A stretch of 11,438 nt of DNA from a virus (lineage: Duplodnaviria > Heunggongvirae > Uroviricota > Caudoviricetes): IMG/VR virus record IMGVR_UViG_2778261246_000003; one strand, written 5' to 3'. The notes under the pieces were generated by a model. It was not told where the DNA came from. It ran no database searches and saw only the letters and a program-made list of their open reading frames with translations. Made by a program: the position numbers and the translations under genes. Below are positions 1 to 11,375 of this stretch, piece after piece; position 1 is the first letter of the stretch, and each line of letters starts with the position of its first letter.

Positions 1-140
1 TCTGAGGCAGCACCTGGCACGGCTGGGACGGAAGTCGCTGTCGTTCTCAAAATCGGTGGAGCTGCATGACAAAGTCATCGGGCATTATCTGAACATAAAA
101 CACTATCAATAAGTTGGAGTCATTACCACAAAAGTAATCC

Positions 141-170
141 TTGCTATGGGTGGTTAATCATGCGTTAATG
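141..170 (+). promoter_or_regulatory. Candidate sigma70 promoter of the cold-shock gene (cspA-like: -35 TTGCTA, 18-nt spacer, -10 TTAATG), followed by a long (~145 nt) 5' UTR
   Basis: TTGCTA at 141-146 and TTAATG at 165-170 resemble the cspA promoter layout (TTGCAT ... ATGCGTGGCTTAATG) as I recall it. An AT-rich stretch lies upstream. The long leader before the ATG at 322 is typical of csp mRNAs. Not verified experimentally. Confidence 0.35.
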
Positions 171-321
171 GTGTTCTGGTTTGTTACAAATTTATCTGAA
201 GCAGTCATTGTTATAATTTTATTATTTGTACCTCTTGAGATTTCCTTGTTGGTTTTTCTCTCTGATATTTTTTTTTCGGACCATTCTGCCCAAGGGCTAA
301 TTTCTTCAAAAGGTAATAATT

Positions 322-534
322 ATGTCTAACAAAATGACTGGTTTAGTGAAATGGTTTAACCCTGAAAAAGGTTTTGGTTTCATCACGCCGAAAGATGGCA
401 GCAAAGATGTGTTTGTCCATTTCTCAGCAATTCAGAGCAACGATTTCAAAACATTAACTGAGAATCAGGAAGTTGAATTTGGTATTGAGAACGGACCTAA
501 AGGTCCTGCCGCTGTTCATGTAGTGGCGCTTTGA
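322..534 (+). CDS. cspI: CspA-family cold-shock protein (70 aa), prophage-borne paralog
   Basis: The translation [34 protein letters not shown]... carries the RNP1-like KGFGFI and RNP2-like VFVHF motifs of the cold-shock domain. The RBS AAAGGTAATAATT-ATG is near-identical to the cspA RBS. Paralog assignment (CspI versus CspG/CspB) is from memory and uncertain; the family call is confident. Confidence 0.9.
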   Translation: MSNKMTGLVKWFNPEKGFGFITPKDGSKDVFVHFSAIQSNDFKTLTENQEVEFGIENGPKGPAAVHVVAL

Positions 535-622
535 GGTAGACAATATTACAAACCATATTCACTTTAGATGCCCGTGTTGTCATGGTTCCCAGTATAGAAC
601 ATCATCTTTTGATGTTTCTGAC

Positions 623-733
623 ATGAATCCTTTCGGGGCAAAATGTATCTTTTGTAAATCAATGATGATTACATTTGATAATATTTCACAATACTTAAAT
701 GCCAGCCGTCTGTCGTTGGATTTAATAAAGTGA
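623..733 (+). CDS. Small Cys-rich protein (possible zinc ribbon; resembles the small ORFs that follow prophage csp genes, YmcF/YnfQ-like)
   Basis: The frame is open from 524 to the TGA at 731-733 and encodes ...RCPCCHGSQYRTSSFDVSDMNPFGAKCIFCKSMMITFDNISQYLNASRLSLDLIK. The first ATG is at 623, so the CPCC half-site would need a non-canonical start upstream. The ORF ends 6 nt before a strong intrinsic terminator. Too small to appear in the supplied ORF track. Confidence 0.3.
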   Translation: MNPFGAKCIFCKSMMITFDNISQYLNASRLSLDLIK

Positions 734-738
734 AAATG

Positions 739-761
739 AAGGCTCCTTCGGGAGCTTTTTT
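739..761 (+). terminator. Rho-independent terminator of the csp transcription unit
   Basis: GC stem GCTCC/GGAGC closed by a UUCG tetraloop (742-755), extendable with flanking A/T pairs, followed by TTTTTT (756-761). Confidence 0.6.
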
Positions 762-805
762 GCTTGGTGTCTATTCGATGGATACTCACATACTACGGTA
801 ACATC

Positions 806-1036
806 ATGAAAAAAATCATAGTTTTTTTTAACTCTGAACCAGCAGTGGTAGTGCCAGCGATGACTGGAGTTAACACCATCATGCGTGAATATCCAAATGG
901 CGAAAAAACACACCTTACTGTAATGGCCGCAGGGTTTCCATCTCTGACCGGAGATCATAAAGTCATTTATGTAGCCGCGGATCGACATGTTACTTCAGAA
1001 GAAATTCTGGAAGCAGCAATAAGGCTCTTGAGTTGA
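806..1036 (+). CDS. Hypothetical 76-aa protein (position and size as for the small ORF between csp and gns in E. coli; YmcE-like?)
   Basis: ATG at 806 (MKKIIVFFNSEPAVVVP...) lies after the upstream terminator; the longer track ORF from 764 would start inside that terminator. The RBS is weak. No recognisable motif. Confidence 0.4.
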   Translation: MKKIIVFFNSEPAVVVPAMTGVNTIMREYPNGEKTHLTVMAAGFPSLTGDHKVIYVAADRHVTSEEILEAAIRLLS

Positions 1037-1207
1037 TTTGATGCTATTGCATTGATAATTCAGGAAAATTCTCTTTGTCTGTTTGTGTAAAATTTAGACT
1101 ATCGTATGTTGATTATTGCGATGTTTCATCTTATCTTTTACACGTTTGCACCATATAATCGACTTACTGTGTAACTGGAAAGTCATAACAGACTAAAAGA
1201 GGAAATG

Positions 1208-1381
1208 ATGAATATTGAAAACTTAAAAACAAAAGCAGAAGCAGATATTTCTGAATATATAACAAAAAAAATTATTGAACTTAAGAAAAAGACCGGGAAA
1301 GAAGTTACCAGTATTCAGTTTACCGCACGGGAAAAAATGACGGGTCTTGAAAGCTATGATGTCAAGATTAATTTAATCTGA
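1208..1381 (+). CDS. gnsB: GnsA/GnsB-family protein (57 aa; overexpression suppressor of secG/fabA phenotypes in E. coli)
   Basis: The translation MNIENLKTKAEADISEYITKKIIELKKKTGKEVTSIQFTAREKMTGLESYDVKINLI matches the Gns family from memory (conserved FTAREKMTGLESYDVKI). A strong SD (AAGAGGA) lies 4 nt upstream of the ATG at 1208. Below the 60-aa cutoff of the ORF track. The A/B paralog call is uncertain. Confidence 0.8.
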   Translation: MNIENLKTKAEADISEYITKKIIELKKKTGKEVTSIQFTAREKMTGLESYDVKINLI

Positions 1382-1407
1382 TGTATTCAATAATAAAATT
1401 TATCCAT

Positions 1408-1433
1408 AAACCTCGTTTTTACGGGGTTTTGTT
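1408..1433 (+). terminator. Probable intrinsic terminator downstream of gns
   Basis: Hairpin CCTCG-TTTTTA-CGGGG (one G:U pair) followed by TTTTGTT. It may act bidirectionally for the convergent minus-strand gene. Confidence 0.35.
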
Positions 1434-1532
1434 ATATTTGAATGGTTCCGAATATCTAAATCACAATTGTTGATGGTTTTTATTAAACCAATGCAGTCCG
1501 GCTCAGGAGTGAGAGAAGCCGGACGTTATGGT

Positions 1533-1943
1533 TTAGCGTGGTAAGATCTGTGTAGTTTTCTGGATGCTTTCAGTAAATAGTAATGAATTATCAAAGGTAT
1601 AGTAATATCTTTTTTGTTCGTGGATATTTGTAACCCACCGAAAAACTCCTGCTTTAGCAAGGTTTCTTCTGTATTCCTGAAATGTGATCTCTCTGGATTT
1701 CAGCTTATTAGAGGTCGTTTCTATAAGATGCCTATCCTTTGAAAATTTGACAGACACAATGTTTTTTAGGCCCTTTAATAACACTGTATTATCATTTTTT
1801 AATACAATATGAACATTCTCTGTGGCTAAATAGTAAATGTAATGTGAGACATTGTGACGTTTTAGCTCAGAATAAAACCATTGATAGTTTAAATCGTTTC
1901 GAACTTTATCAAATATTTGTTTAAAAATGACTACCTGATCCAT
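1533..1943 (-). CDS. Hypothetical low-GC protein (136 aa); position and size consistent with the YdfO/YbcV (DUF1398) family of lambdoid prophages
   Basis: Minus-strand ORF. I prefer the internal start MDQVVIF... because GGAAGG lies 7 nt upstream of it; the track start at 1958 has no SD. Strongly AT-rich. Family assignment is by context and size and is tentative. Confidence 0.6.
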
Positions 1944-2000
1944 AGATAAACCTTCCATGTGATATGAGGGGGCGTAGTCTGCACGATTATCTAAATTGCT

Positions 2001-2234
2001 TCAATCTGGTCTGACCTGTTTTCTGAGCAATTCAGTAATGTCACTCTTTTCTTTGTTTGCTTCAGGAGAAACTCTTTTTTCTGAGCACAGTCTCCGGCGG
2101 CAGGCTTCAATGACCCAGGCTGAGAAATTCCCGGACCCTTTTTGATCAAGAGCGATGTTAATTTGTTCAATCATTTGTTTAGGAAAGCGGATGTTGCGGG
2201 TTGTTGTTCTGCGGGTTCTGTTCTTCGTTGACAT
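2001..2234 (-). CDS. Small basic protein (77 aa), YdfK/YnaE-like, encoded at the extreme right end of the lambda-like phage genome
   Basis: Translation MSTKNRTRRTTTRNIRFPKQMIEQINIALDQKGSGNFSAWVIEACRRRL... The DNA from its start codon to cos matches the lambda right end from memory. Family name recalled, not verified. Confidence 0.5.
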   Translation of the reverse strand: MSTKNRTRRTTTRNIRFPKQMIEQINIALDQKGSGNFSAWVIEACRRRLCSEKRVSPEANKEKSDITELLRKQVRPD

Positions 2235-2394
2235 GAGGTTGTCCCGTATTCAGTGTCGCTGATTTGTATTGTCTGAAGTTGTTTTTACGTTAAGTTGATG
2301 CAGATCAATTAATACGATACCTGCGTCATAATTGATTATTTGACGTGGTTTGATGGCGTAGATGCACGTTGTGACATGTAGATGATAATTATTA

Positions 2395-2620
2395 TCATTT
2401 TTCGGGTCCTTTCCGGCGATCCGACAGGTTACGGGGCGGCGACCTCGCGGGTTTTCGCTATTTATGAAAATTTTCCGGTTTAAGGCGTTTCCGTTCTTCT
2501 TCGTCGTAACTTAATGTTTTTATTTAAAATACCCCCTGAAAAGAAAGGAAACGACAGGTGCTGAAAGCGAGCTTTTTGGCCTCTGTCGTTTCCTTTCTCT
2601 GTTTTTGTCCGTGGAATGAA
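2395..2620 (+). other. Phage cos region (cosQ - cosN - cosB), the terminase recognition and cleavage site
   Basis: ...GATCCGACAGGTTACG (lambda right end, cosQ side) is followed by GGGCGGCGACCTCGCGGGTTTTCGCTATTTATGAAAATTTTCCGGTTTAAGGCG..., which is the lambda left end as I recall it. The Nu1-binding R elements and IHF site are expected in 2446-2620; I did not map them individually. Confidence 0.85.
2434..2445 (+). other. cosN: the 12-nt cohesive-end sequence GGGCGGCGACCT (staggered terminase nicking site)
   Basis: Exact match to the lambda 12-nt 5' overhang, located between right-end and left-end homology. Confidence 0.85.
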
Positions 2621-2622
2621 CA

Positions 2623-3142
2623 ATGGAAGTCAACAAAAAGCAGCTGGCTGACATTTTCGGTGCGAGTATCCGTACCATTCAGAACTGGCAGGAACAGGGA
2701 ATGCCCGTTCTGCGAGGCGGTGGCAAGGGTAATGAGGTGCTTTATGACTCTGCCGCCGTTATAAAATGGTATGCCGAAAGGGATGCTGAAATTGAGAACG
2801 AAAAGCTGCGCCGGGAGGTTGAAGAACTGCGCCAGGCCAGCGAGGCAGATCTCCAGCCAGGGACTATTGCGTACGAACGCCATCGACTTACGCGTGCGCA
2901 GGCCGACGCACAGGAACTGAAGAATGCCAGAGACTCAGCTGAAGTGGTGGAAACCGCATTCTGTACTTTCGTGCTGTCGCGGATCGCAGGTGAAATTGCC
3001 AGTATTCTCGACGGGATCCCCCTGTCGGTGCAGCGGCGTTTTCCGGAACTGGAAAACCGACATGTTGATTTCCTGAAACGGGATATCATCAAAGCCATGA
3101 ACAAAGCAGCCGCGCTGGATGAACTGATACCGGGGTTGCTGA

Positions 3143-3168
<26 letters not shown>
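2623..3168 (+). CDS. nu1: Terminase small subunit Nu1 (181 aa)
   Basis: The translation (MEVNKKQLADIFGASIRTIQNWQEQGMPVLRGGGKGNEVLY...) is essentially lambda gpNu1 with an N-terminal winged-HTH. It sits immediately right of cosB. Confidence 0.97.
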
Positions 3169-6849
<3,681 letters not shown>

Positions 6850-6869
<20 letters not shown>

Positions 6870-8169
6870 TCTCCCGCATATTGCCAGCATGGCTTTTAAT
6901 GAGCCGCTGATGCTTGAACCCGCCTATGCGCGGGTTTTCTTTTGTGCGCTTGCAGGCCAGCTTGGGATCAGTCGCCTGACGGATGCGGTGTCCGGCGACA
7001 GCCTGACTGCCGGAGAGGCACCCGCGGCGCTGGCGTTATCCGGTGATGATGACGGACCACGACAGGCCCGCAGTTATCAGGTCATGAACGGCATCGCCGT
7101 GCTGCCGGTGTCCGGTACGCTGGTCAGCCGGACGCGGGCGCTGCAGCCGTATTCGGGAATGACCGGTTACAACGGCATTATCGCCCGTCTGCAACAGGCT
7201 GCCAGCGATCCGATGGTGGACGGCATTCTGCTCGATATGGACACACCGGGCGGGATGGTGGCGGGAGCATTTGACTGTGCTGACATCATCGCCCGTGTGC
7301 GAGACATAAAACCGGTATGGGCGCTGGCCAACGACATGAACTGCAGTGCAGGTCAGCTGCTTGCCAGCGCCGCCTCCCGGCGTCTGGTCACGCAGACCGC
7401 CCGGACAGGCTCCATCGGCGTCATGATGGCTCACAGTAATTACGGTGCTGCGCTGGAGAAACAGGGCGTGGAAATCACGCTGATTTACAGCGGCAGCCAT
7501 AAGGTGGATGGCAACCCCTACAGCCATCTTCCGGATGACGTCCGGGAGACACTGCAGTCCCGGATGGATGCAACCCGCCGGATGTTTGCGCAGAAGGTGT
7601 CGGCATATACCGGCCTGTCCGTGCAGGCTGTGCTGGATACCGAGGCTGCAGTGTACAGCGGTCAGGAGGCCATTGATGCCGGACTGGCTGATGAACTTGT
7701 CAACAGCACCGATGCGATCACCGTTATGCGTGATGCACTGGATGCACGTAAATCCCGTCTCTCAGGAGGGCGAATGACCAAAGAGACTCAATCAACAACT
7801 GTTTCAGCCACTGCTTCGCAGGCTGACGTTACTGACGTGGTGCCAGCGACGGAGGGCGAAAACGCCAGCGCGGCGCAGCCGGACGTGAACGCGCAGATCA
7901 CCGCTGCGGTTGCGGCAGAAAACAGCCGCATTATGGGGATCCTCAACTGTGAGGAGGCTCACGGACGCGAAGAACAGGCCCGCGTGCTGGCAGAAACCCC
8001 CGGTATGACCGTGGAAACGGCCCGCCGCATTCTGGCCGCAGCACCACAGAGTGCACAGGCGCGCAGTGACACTGCGCTGGATCGTCTGATGCAGGGGGCA
8101 CCGGCACCGCTGGTTGCAGGTAACCCGGCATCTGATGCCGTTAACGATTTGCTGAACACACCAGTGTAA
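6850..8169 (+). CDS. C: Head maturation protease / minor capsid protein C (439 aa, GTG start)
   Basis: Matches lambda gpC (VTAELRNLPHIASMAFNEPLMLEPAYARVFF...). GTG at 6850 is preceded by AGGAGAAGAG and overlaps the end of B by 20 nt. The track ORF from 6715 is an upstream in-frame extension without support. Confidence 0.9.
7564..8169 (+). CDS. nu3: Scaffolding protein Nu3 (201 aa), translated in-frame from an internal start within C
   Basis: Lambda Nu3 shares the reading frame and stop of C. Applying the lambda C-to-Nu3 offset to this window lands exactly on an in-frame ATG (MDATRRMFAQKV...). Coordinates recalled from the lambda map, not recomputed by alignment. Confidence 0.7.
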   Translation: MDATRRMFAQKVSAYTGLSVQAVLDTEAAVYSGQEAIDAGLADELVNSTDAITVMRDALDARKSRLSGGRMTKETQSTTVSATASQADVTDVVPATEGENASAAQPDVNAQITAAVAAENSRIMGILNCEEAHGREEQARVLAETPGMTVETARRILAAAPQSAQARSDTALDRLMQGAPAPLVAGNPASDAVNDLLNTPV

Positions 8170-8178
8170 GGGATGTTT

Positions 8179-8511
8179 ATGACGAGCAAAGAAACCTTTA
8201 CCCATTACCAGCCGCAGGGCAACAGTGACCCGGCTCATACCGCAACCGCGCCCGGCGGATTGAGTGCGAAAGCGCCTGCAATGACCCCGCTGATGCTGGA
8301 CACCTCCACCCGTAAGCTGGTTGCGTGGGATGGCACCACCGACGGTGCTGCCGTTGGCATTCTTGCAGTTGCTGCTGACCAGACCAGCACCACACTGACG
8401 TTCTACAAGTCCGGCACGTTCCGTTATGAGGATGTGCTCTGGCCGGAGGCTGCCAGCGACGAGACGAAAAAACGGACCGCGTTTGCCGGAACGGCAATCA
8501 GCATCGTTTAA
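8179..8511 (+). CDS. D: Head decoration protein D (110 aa)
   Basis: [41 protein letters not shown]... matches lambda gpD. SD AAGGGA lies 5 nt upstream of the ATG at 8179. The track start at 8173 adds two codons that I reject. Confidence 0.95.
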   Translation: MTSKETFTHYQPQGNSDPAHTATAPGGLSAKAPAMTPLMLDTSTRKLVAWDGTTDGAAVGILAVAADQTSTTLTFYKSGTFRYEDVLWPEAASDETKKRTAFAGTAISIV

Positions 8512-8530
8512 CTTTACCCTTCATCACTAA

Positions 8531-8553
8531 AGGCCGCCTGTGCGGCTTTTTTT
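8531..8553 (+). terminator. Hairpin plus T-run between D and E (terminator-like; probably read through in the antiterminated late transcript)
   Basis: GCCGC-CTGT-GCGGC stem-loop followed by TTTTTTT. It sits in the D-E intergenic region of the late operon. Confidence 0.35.
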
Positions 8554-8566
8554 ACGGGATTTTTTT

Positions 8567-8842
8567 ATGTCGATGTACACAACCGCCCAGCTGCTGGCGG
8601 CAAATGAGCAGAAATTTAAGTTTGATCCGCTGTTTCTGCGTCTCTTTTTCCGTGAGAGCTATCCCTTCACCACGGAGAAAGTCTATCTCTCACAAATTCC
8701 GGGACTGGTAAACATGGCGCTGTACGTTTCGCCGATTGTTTCCGGTGAGGTTATCCGCTCCCGTGGCGGCTCCACCTCTGAATTTACACCGGGATATGTC
8801 AAGCCGAAGCACTTAGCATGGCTTTCTGAGGCTTTCGTGTAG
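8567..8842 (+). pseudogene. E: Major capsid protein E, 5' fragment only (codons 1-82 of ~341), fused to 9 unrelated codons and a stop
   Basis: MSMYTTAQLLAANEQKFKFDPLFLRLFFRESYPFTTEKVYLSQIPGLVNMALYVSPIVSGEVIRSRGGSTSEFTPGYVKPKH matches the lambda gpE N-terminus. After codon 82 (CAC at 8810-8812) the sequence becomes LAWLSEAFV-stop instead of EVNPQMTLRR.... Confidence 0.85.
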
Positions 8843-8974
8843 TTGCTGGTTTTTACACTTAATCTTTTGATAATAAAGAATAAGTTTATCTGGCGCTTTC
8901 ACTGAATTTTCCTCGTTATCTGTGTGTTGCAATCATCTCTGTATTGCAGCTTGTATTGCTTTTTGGGGCTAAAA

Positions 8975-10210
8975 ATGGCTGGCGAGAACAAACTGAGCGA
9001 CAAAGCGCTTAAAGGATATCTGGGGAAACCCAGAGAAAAGCAGATCACCATTGCTGATGGAAAGGGGCTTTCTATTCGTGTGAGTACTAAAGGGGCTGTG
9101 AGCTTTGTTTTCTTCTACAGGTTAGCAGGTGGCCGGGCTGCTCCGGTCTGGCTAACGTTGGGTAAATATCCTGATATGTCACTCAAACAGGCAAGGGAAA
9201 AGCGCGACGAGTGCCGTGGTTGGTTGGCTGACAAACGTGATCCGCGTATCCAGATTAAGATTCAGGCTGAAGAACGCTTAAAGCCGGTCACAGTGGAGGA
9301 TGCACTAAATTACTGGTATGAAAATTACTGTAAGGTGCGTCGTAAAACTCATGCTGTAACGCTTGGCAGATTTCGAAAGCATATCTTTCCCTATATCGGT
9401 CATTTGCCCGTAAATGACACTCACCTATATGAATGGCTGGACTGTTTTGACCGAATTAAACGTAATGCACCAGTTATGGCGGCGTATGTTTTTTCTGACA
9501 CTAAATTAGCTCTTCGTTTTTGTCGGGTACGCCAGTACGCGACGTGTGATGCTTTAAAGGATTTGCGCATGAGTGATGTGGGGCAGATTGCAGGTAAGCG
9601 GGATCGGGTTCTGGATGAAGCCGAACTCGGCCAGCTCTGGAAGGCAATTTTTGTCGAGCCTGATTTAAAACTAATGTCTGAATACACGCGAAAAATGTTT
9701 GTGCTTTGTACAGTATTTGGATGTCGAATGAGTGAAGCCCGATTATCAGAATGGAGCGAATGGGATCTCGAAAGTTGGGTTTGGACTGTACCAAAAGATC
9801 ACTCAAAAACTGGTGTTGAAATCGTCAGACCAGTACCTGAAATTCTACGACAGTGGGTAACGGATGTTCACGAAGAGACAAAACATACTGGTTATGTGCT
9901 GGGAAGTCTGCGAATTAGAGAAAGCGTAAGCAAGATTGGGGGGAAAATCGGTAAACGTTTGGGCCATGAAAAACAATGGTCACTACACGACCTTAGAAGA
10001 ACGCTATCTACTCATCTAAGTGATCTCGGTGTTGAATTTTATGTAGTAGAACAACTGTTAGGCCATGCGCTACCTGGCGTGGCAGGTGTTTACAATCGGA
10101 GTAAGTTTATGGCTAAAAAACTGGATGCTCTGGAACTCTGGACTACATATCTCAATAGCATCGCAGGTGCTGATTCAAAAGTGACAATCCTCAAACAAAA
10201 GGCTGGTTAA
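8975..10210 (+). CDS. int: Tyrosine recombinase / phage integrase, P4 (CP4-57 IntA)-like with N-terminal arm-binding domain (411 aa)
   Basis: The N-terminus LSDKALKGYLGKPREKQITIADGKGLSIRVSTKGAVSFVFFYR fits the DUF4102-type arm-binding domain. The C-terminus has catalytic-box-like HDLRRT and GHALPGVAGVYNRS (candidate Tyr). I prefer the ATG at 8975 (GGGG 6 nt upstream) to the GTG at 8924 used by the track. Confidence 0.9.
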   Translation: MAGENKLSDKALKGYLGKPREKQITIADGKGLSIRVSTKGAVSFVFFYRLAGGRAAPVWLTLGKYPDMSLKQAREKRDECRGWLADKRDPRIQIKIQAEERLKPVTVEDALNYWYENYCKVRRKTHAVTLGRFRKHIFPYIGHLPVNDTHLYEWLDCFDRIKRNAPVMAAYVFSDTKLALRFCRVRQYATCDALKDLRMSDVGQIAGKRDRVLDEAELGQLWKAIFVEPDLKLMSEYTRKMFVLCTVFGCRMSEARLSEWSEWDLESWVWTVPKDHSKTGVEIVRPVPEILRQWVTDVHEETKHTGYVLGSLRIRESVSKIGGKIGKRLGHEKQWSLHDLRRTLSTHLSDLGVEFYVVEQLLGHALPGVAGVYNRSKFMAKKLDALELWTTYLNSIAGADSKVTILKQKAG

Positions 10211-10211
10211 C

Positions 10212-10439
10212 ATGAAAAAAATGGCAATTGTTGATAAAAAGGGTCTGGAGTACATTCCTAACATTGATCGTATGATCCGTGAGAAAGAATGTCGGGAGCT
10301 AACCACTCTTGCGAACAGCACACGCTGGAAGCTGGAGAAGGAAGGAAAATTTCCTAAGCGGATCAAGATTGGCGCTACTGCGGTAGCTTACCGTCTCTCC
10401 GAAGTTCAGGCATGGATTAAGGGAGAATGGAGTAATTAA
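10212..10439 (+). CDS. alpA: AlpA-family (Xis/Vis-like) small DNA-binding regulator (75 aa)
   Basis: ...ECRELTTLANSTRWKLEKEGKFPKRIKIGATAVAYRLSEVQAWIKGE matches the AlpA/MerR-like HTH signature (GKFPKxIKxG...VAxRxSEVxAWI). It starts 1 nt after the integrase stop. The start could instead be the ATG at 10221. Confidence 0.75.
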   Translation: MKKMAIVDKKGLEYIPNIDRMIREKECRELTTLANSTRWKLEKEGKFPKRIKIGATAVAYRLSEVQAWIKGEWSN

Positions 10440-10457
10440 ATAATAAGGTATTTCGAT

Positions 10458-11279
10458 ATGACAATGTGTGTTATTTGGAAGTCAGTTGATGGAACTATTT
10501 ATGCCGCCACAGATTCTCGACTGAGCTTTGAAGAAAAAAAGTTAGATCGTTGCGTTAAAATATCCCGAATCACATGTCTTTTACATGAGCCTAGTGATGC
10601 AGTAGATACAAGTAAGATACTTGTTGATAAGCGTGAGATTGCTACATTATTCTGTGGAGGCTTTACAAATGCCTATATCATCAAGGAGAGCCTTACTGAG
10701 ATTTTAAATAAAATAGTTCTCATGAGGGAATACTCCGGCGTGCCCTTTTCGGAAATTATAGATATAGCGTTTTCCATTTATGAAGATACATCAAGAGATA
10801 TGTTTGCATCATTAATGGACCAACGATTTGGATGTGTTTTTTACATGATAAGTTACTGCCCTGTATATAAGGAAATGCAAGCATTTAAATTTGAATTCAA
10901 AATAAATGAAAACGGTATTAACTATTATAAATCTAAACTTTTTGAAGATCGTAACTATGAGGTTAATGGAAGTGGGGTGAGGTACTTGGAACAAAATCAT
11001 CGTATTGAAGATCTAGTTAAAGAAGCTTATCAGAAGAATAAATACACACCACTTCTAGATATACTTGAGTCCGTAATTAATGATGACGACTGTGACTCTG
11101 TTGGAGGTGCAATGCAATACATTTCATGTAATAAAGATAGACTAAAATTGTGTTGTCATATGTTATTTGAAGAAAATAATCATAAGTATATGAAAGCTGG
11201 GGTGGACTTAAATGAACTCAATGAGAAGTTTATACCTTCTGGTTTGTTTTTTGAGACAGATGCAATCATCAAAAGATAA
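10458..11279 (+). CDS. Uncharacterised AT-rich protein (273 aa); no confident family assignment; possible N-terminal-nucleophile hydrolase-like N-terminus
   Basis: Long ORF in very AT-rich DNA with a start 18 nt after alpA. The N-terminus MTMCVIWKSVDGTIYAATDSR resembles the N-terminal strand of proteasome-beta/HslV-type Ntn hydrolases (T/C nucleophile - hydrophobic - DG - hydrophobic - A(A/G)xDSR). This is pattern-level only. Confidence 0.7.
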   Translation: MTMCVIWKSVDGTIYAATDSRLSFEEKKLDRCVKISRITCLLHEPSDAVDTSKILVDKREIATLFCGGFTNAYIIKESLTEILNKIVLMREYSGVPFSEIIDIAFSIYEDTSRDMFASLMDQRFGCVFYMISYCPVYKEMQAFKFEFKINENGINYYKSKLFEDRNYEVNGSGVRYLEQNHRIEDLVKEAYQKNKYTPLLDILESVINDDDCDSVGGAMQYISCNKDRLKLCCHMLFEENNHKYMKAGVDLNELNEKFIPSGLFFETDAIIKR

Positions 11280-11375
11280 ACGATAACCGACTTTGATTGT
11301 GATAATTTTATTGAGCTGGCCCCCTGAAATACCAGACAGTAGATGTATCTTAAAATAAGAGATAGGCTTGGATAT

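Noticed and set aside
141-329. 62-aa ORF 141-329 (+) upstream of csp
   Set aside because: It coincides with the predicted promoter and 5' UTR of the cold-shock gene; hydrophobic low-complexity translation and no RBS.
580-1036. Minus-strand ORFs 580-789 and 722-988, and the 764 start of the plus-strand ORF
   Set aside because: They span an intrinsic terminator and overlap the better-supported plus-strand small ORFs. The 764 start would lie inside the terminator hairpin region.
2524-3104. ORFs 2524-2883 (-), 2558-2764 (+) and 2742-3104 (-) overlapping cosB and Nu1
   Set aside because: They overlap the cos terminase-binding region and the well-supported Nu1 gene; no independent support.
8540-8842. 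The 100-aa ORF 8540-8842 as an intact gene
   Set aside because: Its core is the first 82 codons of capsid gene E, followed by 9 unrelated codons. It is a truncated pseudogene, and the upstream 9 codons precede the true ATG at 8567.
8924-8974. Integrase start at the GTG at 8924 (428-aa version)
   Set aside because: No SD upstream. The ATG at 8975 has a G-rich RBS and gives an N-terminus aligned with P4-type integrases. The extra 17 codons read through the repeat-containing leader.
8813-8974. tRNA or tmRNA 3' end (classical att site) between the E fragment and the integrase
   Set aside because: I found no tRNA-like acceptor or T-arm sequence (no GGTTCGANTCC-type motif, no CCA end) by eye. A core shorter than about 15 nt could be missed without the full genome.
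9421-10366. Minus-strand ORFs 9421-9687, 9501-9806 and 10175-10366
   Set aside because: Embedded antisense in the integrase and alpA genes; no RBS or motif.
11100-11190. HEPN-like R-x5-H motif (R-LKLCC-H) near the C-terminus of the 273-aa protein
   Set aside because: A single R-x(4-6)-H occurrence is expected by chance and lacks the surrounding helical context; I did not use it for the call.
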